From: Psilocybe cubensis
Taxonomy: Eukaryota
Reading direction: 5' to 3'
DNA: 64,000 bases
Assembly (NCBI GenBank): GCA_017499595.2
Contig: CM039003.1
Location: forward strand, 2,914,001-2,978,000
This document shows positions 12,853 through 23,136 of this stretch, one piece after another. Position 1 is the first letter of the stretch. Every line of letters starts with the position of its first letter. A program made the position numbers and the translations under genes. The notes beneath the pieces were generated by a model. That model was not told where the DNA came from. It was given only the letters and a program-made list of their open reading frames with translations, and ran no database searches.

Positions 12853-13327
12853 CAATCTGGCGGTGGGATGTAATGGCAAATTAACAAAGAAGATTCAATT
12901 TCTAGAGGTGCGACGTGAAGGCAGAGTACCAGAAAGTTTTGGCTGTGCGACGTAAATGCAAAGTAAATGAGGTAAGTCCGGCTGTGCGACGTAAAGGCAA
13001 AGTAAACCCAACAAAAACTGCGCTTAGAAAAAATTCAAGTATGTGGCCCTGCTGCTATAGGAATTCTTGTTTGATGCCGTGTGGCCTCCGAGTAAATATC
13101 TGTGCGACATATCGGACGCCATGCCTTTTCAGAAGTCCATCTGACCTCACGATGTATGGACATTTGTGTGTCCACTATGAATCCATCAGAAAACATATAT
13201 ATCATCCCCATTTGTAGAAATAATCGGCTGGAGGGACCAAACCACCGAATTAAAACATGTACCCTGGTAAGCCAAATAACCCATTCCAAACCCGTCCCCA
13301 CATTGCCTCTCCTTCATTTGTTCAACA

Positions 13328-14275
13328 TGTCCCAGGTTTCGAAAAGCAGTACGTGAATCTGTTGGCCGTTGACCGTTATGAAACCAATGTACTAATTAAA
13401 TTATTCTGGCATAGGATGTACTTGTTTTTCTCTCCCTGAGATGGAGAAACTTCTTTCACTCCTCAACTCTGGCAAGCACTTGTTACATGGTGCATTAGTT
13501 CTTTATACTAACTCTTATCTTTAGACTGTAAATGTGGTCCTGCAACGACTTGTTTTTGCCCTGGCCATTTTCTTCCACCTGAACCAGCACGATGGTATAG
13601 TGTTGTTGTAGGTCGCAGTCCTGGCGTCATTCAAGGACGGTATGTCATCACGTTTGTATCACTGTATAATGCTTAAACGTACGGATCTTAGTTCTGAGGC
13701 ACTTCAAAACTACACAGGAATATCTGGTGGCCATGGCCTTTTTTGTCCCTCGGAATCCATTGCAAAGGCCCATTTTTATTCCGCTTTGGAGCGTGGTGAG
13801 GTGGTAGAGGTTATTCCGCCTGTTCGCACAGTGCTGGGTCGTCAGGACTTATCTTTCTGTCCTGGATTTCGTCATAATGACCTTTGTATGTCTATTTTAC
13901 CCATGTTTTTCAATTTACTAAAATATTTTCTATTGCCAAAGCGACTCCAGAAGCGGGAGTTTGGACGTTGGTGATTGTAGGTCGTGAACCAGGCATATTT
14001 TCGTCGGCATAGTGAGTCTAGATGCCTTTGACTTTAATATATCTGTTGCTTACCGCTGGTTTAGTCGTCCCCAAGGTTCTATTGTGAATTTGAACATACA
14101 GGGAATTCGTGGGTCGCAAACACGGGTTATGGAGACTTGGGCCGATGCTGTAGACAAGTTTCTGCAGCTCTTGGATGCTGGTGAGGTAGTACAAGTGTCT
14201 GGTTCGCAGAATATATGCATTAAGCACACTCCTGAGACATATTTAGCTCAATGTAGATATTGCCAGAATGTGTAG
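13328..14275 (+). CDS. Multi-exon protein with two RNase H1 N-terminal / caulimovirus viroplasmin-like (hybrid-binding) domains
   Basis: Spliced translation gives RWYSVVVGRSPGVIQG..EALQNYTGISGG..IAKAHFYSALERGEV and GVWTLVIVGREPGIFSS..NIQGIRGS..ADAVDKFLQLLDAGEV. Both match the (W/Y)xVxxGRxPG(I/V)..G..A..F pattern. Confidence 0.65.
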
Positions 14276-14334
14276 ACTAGTTATTGACTACGTGTCTGCT
14301 CAAGTGCATAAATAATGAACCTAACTTGCATTTT

Positions 14335-15335
14335 CTAAACTGTATCCATAAGGGTGTGGTAAACTACCTGTAGATGTCCCCGCTTTCCTACAATTTCTCG
14401 AAGCTGGACAAATGTTTCAAACCATTCCGGAGTATTTGGAGGAGTTTCTTGCAATACATTAGAATTGAGTTCGTCGGCCTCTTGTAGTGCATCTTGAAGG
14501 AGCCTGCATTTTTCTTCCAACCGACTCCCTTTGAAGCGTCGTGAGTGGCTCCAGCCTGAATGGATAGTCCATCGCTGTTTGAGGGCCTGATAAAAATCAT
14601 CGTACTCGTCAATGACCTTTTCATAAGCCTTGTCGGCCTTCTTTGCACGATCCAGACGTTCCAGCGTCATGAGCTTCTCGTGCATCAAGTCTTCAAATTC
14701 TTGAGATAGATAATATTCTTGAGAGGTATAATAACTCTTGTCTTTGCTTTCGATATCTTTAGAGTTGTTAGGATTAATCCAATACACATTTTCCCAATGA
14801 GATTGACTTACTATTGTTGGTTTCAATAGACTTTTCTATCTGATTGTCAGTTTGTGTCGACCTTTCAGTAAACATTTCTATTTTGATAGTAAAATATTTA
14901 GTAGAGAACTGATACAGTTCTTAATTAAACAAACACTCACTAAGAACTTCTGCTTGTCTAGGCTGTTGAGCTAAAGCTTCAAATGACGGACTTGGATTTG
15001 GAACTAATGGCTCCAATAGCTGGTTCATAGTGTCGTCGATGCTGAGAGCCTTCTGTATCTCGGCCTCTTCTTGCTTCAAAATTTTCCTAAGGTAATAGTT
15101 AGTTTCTAGCTGTACATATTATATGTTTATATACTCTTTCTGCCGACAAATGCGATTTCTCATGGCATTTTTTTCATTTATTTTTTGACGGTTTCTCCAG
15201 AAAAAATGAACAAGCGAAGCGCAGAGATTCATAAATCTGTACTTACTTTTCTAAATATCTTTGTTGTTTTGTTAATCCATCTGGGCCTACTTTGCGGGAG
15301 ACATTTTTTGCAATAGAAAGAGCTGATGTATCCAT
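14335..15335 (-). CDS. Multi-exon hypothetical protein with basic N-terminus and helical C-terminus (element cargo)
   Basis: MDTSALSIAKNVSRKVGPDGLTKQQRYLE|..RQKINEKNAMRNRICRQK, then exons leading to ORF 14335-14826. Confidence 0.5.
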
Positions 15336-16089
15336 TTCAAAAGGTAGTTAGCTATGAATCAAGGTGAGATGAAGAAGCAAGATGTCAATTCTACCAAGAG
15401 TGTCCATTAAGCGCTCACGCGGAACTAGCCACATCCGACCAGTATGGTTCAATTACTTCAATTTGTGTTTACAATATCTATACTACGGGAGCAGCACTAA
15501 CCTATATCTATAGACATGTAGGTCATTCTACTAATAGATAATATGAGGCTAGTATTAGAGAAACAGCATTAACCTTACCATATGCGACATGAACTGCACA
15601 AGTATAACGGTGTATGTGACCACAAAGCTATCTGTATGCGACCAGGTAGGGTATTTTTTAAGTATGTGACCTTGTTTAGTACTGTAACTAGACGGACTTA
15701 CTCTGATACGTATGATGGTGAGTGCGTCAAATGTATGTGACCCTTAGTATACGACTTTGACTGCCAAGTTCTATTTCCGAGGCGCATGTTTGGGGAATGT
15801 TGGCCAGAGTGCACAGACCATGTGCTGATGTAAGTCAAATGTTCCAGCACATGCTGATATAAGCCAAATGGTCTAGACCTGACAGATCCCATCAATCGGC
15901 ACCACCGGGGAAATCCCGATAATTGCTGTTGATCCGAGCTAGCCGTGTGGCGCTAATAGTGGACTTTGTCAAAATGTGAGATTAGAACGTCTAGAATATT
16001 GGATAATATTAAGGTCAGTGTCCACAAGCTTGGTAGGCAACCACATGGCTAATTTATTCCGAAATACATAAAAAGATGCCTGACTAGCA

Positions 16090-16568
16090 TTGAGTATGTT
16101 CAAGACGCGTGCTGCCATGTCCTTCTATGAAAATCACATCTGTGGAAACCCCGAGTGCCCAAGAGACCACTGCCGGAGGATGCCATATATTAAGGCATAT
16201 ATCTATGCATCGGTAAGCCTGAAGCCTATGTAACCACGTCCAGTCTTTTGATATGATTATTTTCTTGGACATAGCAAACCCCCGATTTGCCCCTCATGTG
16301 GCACTTCCGAACAAATTCCATTCAGCATTTGCCAAGCTACATTCAAGACAGTCATATCTGCCATATGACCCGTGTACCGGAGATGGAGCTTTTGAGGGCC
16401 ATACGCGTGTCCGAAGATGAGCATAGATGGATTTATTTTGACCCCAGCATCCCTTTTACGCATCATGACCTTCAAGATGAGCTCATCATACTCAAATGTG
16501 TTGATATTGAGGACACCAAATGCTTTGGACTGGCGCAGTTTGTATCCAAGCTTGACATCATGTTGTAG
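16090..16568 (+). CDS. Possible small hypothetical gene (element cargo)
   Basis: ORF 16287-16568 reads like protein; upstream exon uncertain. Confidence 0.3.
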
Positions 16569-16829
16569 AATAATTTTGTACCTGAATATTGTTCTGATAA
16601 GAATGTTTTCGGTTAATTTCTATCTTCTGATAAGAATGATTTTGAGCAGCTAAGAATGGTTTTGGTTTTAGTATTCTAGCCGTGCATCAGATTTCTGATA
16701 AGAATGGCTTGGGTTTCTGTGTTCTCCGTGCCTCTGAGTACCAATTATTGACTTGGCTCACTTATGGGGCTCAAAATGAGTTAACAAGTTTATAAATTCA
16801 AGCAGAAACATATGTCGAAATCAATTGAA

Positions 16830-18070
16830 TTAGGAATCTAGATTGTATCTACTCTTGTATCGACGTAGCTCTCTATCCAACTCCTTCTGGGATTGATTGA
16901 CTGCCTGTAACTGTAGGGATATCTCTTCATTCTGTCGACGAGACTCATCTAGTTGGCGCTGAAGCTCAACATTTTCCTGTGTGCGAGCATTAATCAAATT
17001 TCGTGTGAGTGATGAGAATTGAGTTCCAATATTTCCAACCTGGGCTGCAGCATCCCTCCAAAGACGAGGAGAGGCATAACTAATGGCACCTCCGCGGGCA
17101 GTTGAATGCTGCGCCCCAATAAATAACCAGCAGGCCGTTTCACGGGAGATATCCTCACACTAGAAATACCAATACATTAGAAATATAAGACTGAATATAT
17201 GTTTGTGTGGACCATACCTTTTCAATGATGGAATTAATGGCATTTGTGAATTTTTTGACAGCACGAGTATTGTCGGATATTGGAGAGGGAAGACGATGCC
17301 CACAAACAATTTCTAGAACAAGTTAACTTGCAATTTAGTAGAATAAAGCAAACTGACATACGATAGACCTCGGTACCACGATAGGCACCATCCACATAGC
17401 CATTGTATGGATTCCTTGCGCTGGTACGATTTGGAGCAACCCGAGCTGAAGCTGACGAACCAGATTGTGAAGACGACATTGAACTTCCGGTCGATCTTAA
17501 AGACAGATGTGCAAGATCGTGACTGGTAAGAACAGTGACAGGACGAGGAGATGGTGTAGCTGGCGTTGAGGGAGTAGAAGTAGAAGTATCCCTAGGACAA
17601 TGATGCTCAGAGGCCGAGATCGATGTGAAGGGGTCAGACAAGGATGGTGAATGGTTTGAGGTTGACGGCAAAGGATTAGAAAGAGCCTTTAAAGCCATGG
17701 TGTAGATTAGCCTAGTAAGACAACTATACAAAAAGAGAAAGCGCACCAGTTCAGCAGCATGCTGGGCAATATACTCCTTTCCCTTACGTGTATGAGCACA
17801 TTGAGACCTGAGCGGCCTGCCCGGACACTTGGTGCACTTCTGGGGCTGGCGCTGCTGGTCACTGCGAGGCTAAATTGCAGATAGTTAGAGAGACACATTG
17901 AACGAATTAAAAATGTATCATACACTTTGCATAGCTGCAGATGACCGTGTCTGCACTCGATCACCGGTATTGCTCAAAGACTGCTTCTATATATCCGTGT
18001 ATAGCATAAGCATGTAGTTAATTTTAAAAACCTAAAGGCTTACCTTCTGAAGCTTTGAGCTTCGCGCCAT
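16830..18070 (-). CDS. Putative transcription factor: CxxC..C.H Zn motif + Ser/Pro linker + MADS-box-like domain + coiled coil (6 exons)
   Basis: Spliced: MARSSKLQK|KQSLSN..MQS|PRSDQQRQPQKCTKCPGRPLRSQCAH..|ALSNPLP..TEVY|QIVCGHRLPSPISDNTRAVKKFTNAINSIIEK|CEDISRETACWLFIGAQHSTARGGAISYASPRLW..ELQRQLDESRRQNEEISLQLQAVNQSQKELDRELRRYKSRYNLDS*. Confidence 0.65.
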
Positions 18071-18314
18071 TTTGATTGTGAGCGGGTATGATGGCAAAAG
18101 ACAAGAAGTAAACTGATGCTACGTGGCATTGAGCTTGGTTTATATACAAGATAATTATGGCCACAGAAAAATTAGGAATTTGGCAGAAAGCAGAATATTT
18201 GGAGCGCCTTCAGTTTCAGGCTTTAGGACAGATTCCATTCAGGCGCTAGGAAAAAATTTCTATGTCATGATCATGACATTTGTGTGCTGCACTCAATGAA
18301 TATTTGTTAAATCC

Positions 18315-21300
18315 ATGAGCGACTCACCCCCCCCCATTGTATATGCTGCCCCCCAAGATTCACCTCCACCAATTCAATATGCACCTATTGGAGAGACTGA
18401 TTCTCCTATTATTACTCCTCGGCGGAAAAAGCGAGTTGTCAAAAATCAAGTTGTGCAAGCCAAGCGACAGAAAAAACACACTCACAACAATGATACCACC
18501 TTTTTGAACGCACTGGCATCTCCTGACAGTATGGACCAAGTCAGGGATTCCATCCCAGCTAGTCCAACAAGCATCAATGTATTTGATTTACACAAGCCTC
18601 TTGAAATGGGTGATCAAGAACACATTCCAGACGAAGACTCGGATTATGCTACATTTTTAAATGCTGTATCGGCTGAAGAATGTGGCATGTTCCAATTGAC
18701 GGATTGTTTGTTTGTGGTGAATGGATGGAATGCCAAAAAATGCCAGCCTACAGTGAGTTATACAAATCATTGCATATTACATGACTACTCTACACAACTA
18801 ACCTATATGTTATACCAACAGAAAATGTGGTATCATGCACTATGCATGGAAATCAATGGCATTAAAAATGCCGTATGTCTGTGCCCAGGCACATATGGGC
18901 GGGCAACAGAGTGTTTCCATTCTCGGTTTCTCATTGGAAAATCGGCAAGCAGTGAATCTCAGACTCTCTTGTCGGATAGACAATTCAATGGTACGGTCAC
19001 CCAAATCTTTTCACATAGCATTCAGATGTTTCATTATTGATTATCTAGACAATGAAAACTTGACTTTTCTTTTCTCTCGGGGTGAAAGTATCATCGATGG
19101 ACACTTCTACAATATATTTTCAACTCCTTCTGGAACTCGGTATCCGACAATCAAGAACCGAGCTATTGTAGAGCATCTTGGAGAGGATTCTGGTACGGGT
19201 ACCTGGAAATGCAATCGTGATCTTGGTGCAGTATTGTGCACACATATTGCTTTGGCTCGTCATGCCCTCCAACAATATCTTCAAGGAGACTGTGAAGCAC
19301 GAGATGAAAGCATAAATAGTTCAAATGGTACAGTAGAATTTGGAGGTACGTACATTGATTTAATTATATTCTGTTTGGATACTTAATAATAATATCTAAG
19401 ATACACCTGTTCGTCAGTTAGCAGGGATCATATCATCAGTATCCTATATTTCGCTTCCACCACCTATATGGGCACGCATTGCATCTGATCGGAATGCACC
19501 TCCTCGGATAACTATGGATGTTCCTCCCTCATTGTTCCTGCTTGCTGAGAACGATTCATGCTCCTGTTCAAACCCACGAGAGAAGTTTAATCCATTTGAA
19601 TCCACATTTACACGCACATGCACTGTCTACACATTAACAAGTGCATTTACAGCAAGCATAATGTTGCAGAAATGCAGACAGTGCAAACATCGCTTTATTG
19701 GACCGGAATGCAGCAACTTGGGTGTGTTTAATTTCAACAATACAAGCCTCTTTACGCACGAGCTCCTAGACGACTATACCAGTGCATTTTCATCTTCTGA
19801 AACACCCTTTGTCTCTTGGGTTCAAACGGTATCCCGCAGATATCAAACACGCGGTTCAAAAATCCCTTTTTCCAATGAAAAATTGTTTCGTTCAGCATGG
19901 TTCTCTTATATCCGATTGGTGGAGTTCTCTAACGATATGATGTGTCCAGAGTGTGGCCCAAGTCCCGATGCAACAATCTGGGATGGCGTTTCTGTAGCCT
20001 TCAGTCGACGCAATCTACTTCCATCACTTCACCCACCAACAACTCTGGGAGAATTCTCCGTTACACGAAGCAATGTCAGGCCCATTTCCAACTTACAGCC
20101 AATTCCAAGCCGACACACCCGACTTCTTATTAGATTTGTCTTGATTGGACCGTCACTCAGCCTACTGTCGGGCGAAACCATCCCTGAAGGTACTCCGGAG
20201 TATGAGCGAAATAAAAAGTTGGTTGAAAGGATGGTAAAAATCCCGGATCTAGTGTCGCAGCTGACAGAGATAAATGTTGGTCTTGGTGGCCTATTCAATG
20301 TGCATCACGGATTAAAGGTGGTGTTATCAAAGCAAAATATGACCGAAGCATACTCCAAGTTTTTCATTCAGGTGCGAGTTTGTGCTCAAGTTTATAATTT
20401 AATTTCTGAGAAATCTACAACAGCTCTCATCAGATGAGAATATACTGCAACTTGTGGCTTACAATGTGTTGGATAACCTGCGTCGATTCATTCACAACCC
20501 TGTCCAACATAATCTCAGTCTTCTCAGGCACATTCCCTCGCTTCACCGTATGGCCAAACATGAACTCCATCTGGGAAGGTTATCAAATGACCTCTTGGAG
20601 ATCTGCAAATGGCTTTACATCAGATCTAGTACGGCATATTCACTCTTGAAAGTCCATGATCATCCGAACAAGCCAACCATGCCCTCAACAGTCAAAGAAG
20701 ACTGGATTTTGGTAAGCTGATTTGTGTTTCAAATGTTCAGAAATTAATATTTTGTAGACTGGATGCTGCTATTCTATGCCTCAGATTCGCGAACGACCTT
20801 CATATCCAAATCTGCCATACGAAATGGGAAATGACCTCGGAAGTGTTGATGTCATTGAAGATGATGTATGCCGAAAATATTATTCAACATATTCCAAGAA
20901 GCGACTTACGGGTGGCATTATGTGTGTATGGTGTACACATAGCATATGCTATGGGTTCCACTGCATCCGTGCTGCTGAAGGGAGAAACGATGTTTTTTCT
21001 GCAATTTATACCCGTTGGAACCAGGCGCCCAAAATTATAGTTTACGACTTTGCATGCGCACTACAGCCGTATTGCATGTCACGTGAGCCGGAGTTCTTCA
21101 AGGATACTCTGTTCACCATTGACATATTTCACTCCACAGAGCACAAATGCGGAGAAGCATGCTTCCTTTCATCGTATTGTGTTGAAAACCCCGAATTTCT
21201 AGCTCTGAACTCTAGTGCTGCCGAATGCGGAAACAGTGGCATTTCCAAAATTCGAAAGGCCGTCAGCTACATGACTCAAGAGAGAGCGGTAATGTATATG

Positions 21301-21369
21301 CGCGTGTATTTCTCGATTTGGAACAGGACCCAGATACAAAAGTTGGAATTAAAACTACATGATAGATAG
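18315..21369 (+). CDS. KDZ (Kyakuja-Dileera-Zisupton)-class transposase, HMGXB3/Zisupton-like, with SWIM-like fingers and CxC4-type cysteine cluster
   Basis: CLCPG..ECFH and WKCNRD..LCTHI (SWIM-like). C..CKHRFIGPECSNLGVFNFNNTSLFTHELLDDYTSAFSSSETPF (CxC4-like). CPECGPSPDATIWDGVS; LTGGIMCVWCTHSICYGFH..EGRNDVFS; IVYDFACAL; IDIFH..HKC; NSSAAECGNS. Exons stay open. Confidence 0.85.
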
Positions 21370-21494
21370 AACAATATACTGTTGACCACACCAGATAGCC
21401 ATGAAGTCTCAATTGTAAATCTCAAACTCTTTCAAATTAACCATGAACTACAACTGTAAGCCAGAATGCTCTATTCCCGTGATTCTCATTTTTT

Positions 21495-22230
21495 TGTCTG
21501 GCGGCCGGAATTTTGCATATGAACAAATTTCCGGCGCATGGCTGGAATATTCTTGTGTTCCAAACTTGTGTCCAGCGGCTAGACTATTGCATAAAGCGTC
21601 ATATCTGGCGCATGGCTAGAATATTTCTGTCTGGCGGCTGGAATTTTGCATATACACGAATTTCCGGCGCATGGCTGGAATATTCTTGTGTTCCAAACTT
21701 GTGTCCAGCGGCTAGACTATTGCATAAAGCGTCATATCTGGCGCATGGCTAGAATATTTCTGTCTTTCTCAATTTGTGTCTATTGGCCAGATTTCTATAT
21801 ATATTTCTGGCGCACGGCTGTATTACTCTTGTTTTTCTCAATTTCTGTCTAATGGCCAGAATCATGCATATAGCCTGATTTTATATGTCTGTGGTAAAAC
21901 TGCATCCAGCGGCTAGAATTTTTATGCATATGGCATTCTGCCGTTGCCACAATATTCTGGCCAGCAGCCAGAATATTGTGTCGTCCTTTAACTATAGGCA
22001 ATAGCCGTAATATTATTATGGCGCATGGATAAAATAGTCTTGTGCTCCCTATATATTTCTACTGGCTAGAATACTCCAATGACCGTCATATAGGACTATG
22101 TATTCAAATTATTTGTAGCACATGGCAGAAATATTCCATTGTCCCACCTCCTGACGACACAAAATATGGCTCTAGCCAATATTCCATTTACCCACAATTA
22201 TATTCCAGCTCCAAGCTAGAAATCCGGCCG
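21495..22230. repeat. Subterminal repeat block: 133-bp tandem duplication (21495-21765) plus dispersed GGC(T/C)(A/G)GAAT motifs in both orientations
   Basis: Copies start at 21495 and 21628. Motif recurs at e.g. 21540, 21613, 21854, 21911 and 22064, and inverted at ~21955 and ~22171. Confidence 0.85.
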
Positions 22231-22412
22231 CACAATAATTTGGTCCATGGCCTAAGTACAGTCCACTAACAACCTAAAATGGTAAGCACTAATGTATGGT
22301 ATACGTTTGAAAGGCATGTAAGGTGCAGCATTGGGTGGTATGTGGGGTGCGTTTTGTCTACATTTCTACCCAGCCGGTAACCCCCAATTAGAGAGGTTTT
22401 CTTTCTGTAGGG

Positions 22413-22969
22413 CCCTATTTTCACAAACAGGGATCAGAACCATTATCCGGACAATATCTGCAGGCTTTTTGACAAAGCTGATTCTCCGCTCATGCTATCA
22501 AGAGGATTCTTTCCAGCATGATTACCACTATAGATGGACAGAAGAACAAATGGATCCGTTTGACCTCAGTTGGTTGATTGTTAAGCATAACCCCGATTAC
22601 AATGGTTCTGCGGACCTCTTCCTTCCACACCTCGAAGAATTCGAAATATATGACACAATGGCATCCGATACCACGGCGCTAGAGTTTATAACGAGCCGCC
22701 TAAACCCTCTCTCCCATGTCGCCGTCTTAAAGTCTGTCCTTATCTATTTTAATCGAGCTAAAGGACCAGACAAAATTGAGATTCAAGAACTAGCAGAAGC
22801 TCACGCTGTGCATGCTGGTGTCTCATTAAAACTGCACCTGAAATATCTGCCTCCTACGCTTGAGCTGAGAAATCCATTTAATTTTGTCCCGCCCGCCGTA
22901 CACTTTCCCCTCAGTGAACCGTTTGGTAGCCCACTGGACGACTTCTCTCAGGAATATGCCAGTGGTTAG
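22413..22969 (+). pseudogene. 3' fragment of an agaric F-box/LRR-like gene, apparently interrupted by the transposon
   Basis: C-terminal pattern LFLPHLEEFEI..TALEFITSRL..VAVLKSVLIYFNR..GVSLKLHLKY is typical of expanded agaric F-box-type proteins. No N-terminus; reading frame runs into non-coding terminal repeat sequence upstream. Confidence 0.5.
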
Positions 22970-23136
22970 TGCTAGGCCAATTAAAATGTAATAAGGAAAT
23001 GCATGCCAGTTTCAATTGTTCCTAGGCACTGGACACATGGATCAAGTTCTAAGGATATATAATACATACATAAAATTCTTCCCGAATAACAAAAATATCA
23101 TGACGCGAACCTTCTCAAGGCCCCGAATCGAAAGAT

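Larger units (their letters stand above)
1..22412. mobile_element. Right portion of a giant composite DNA transposon (Plavaka + KDZ/Zisupton-like transposases with cargo genes); left end outside window
   Basis: Two transposase genes (5203-8507, 18315-21369); no recognisable housekeeping genes between them; subterminal repeat block 21495-22230; terminal sequence whose reverse complement reads CCCTACAGAAAGAAAA (resembles En/Spm CACTACAAGAAAA); abrupt junction into a truncated host ORF at 22413. Confidence 0.7.

Noticed and set aside
21513-21852. Two near-identical short ORFs in the ORF track
   Set aside because: Artefacts of the 133-bp non-coding subterminal duplication.
1-22412. Starship, Helitron or LTR-retrotransposon identity for the giant element
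   Set aside because: No tyrosine recombinase, Rep/helicase, reverse transcriptase or integrase recognisable in the visible part; the left end is unseen, so this cannot be fully excluded.
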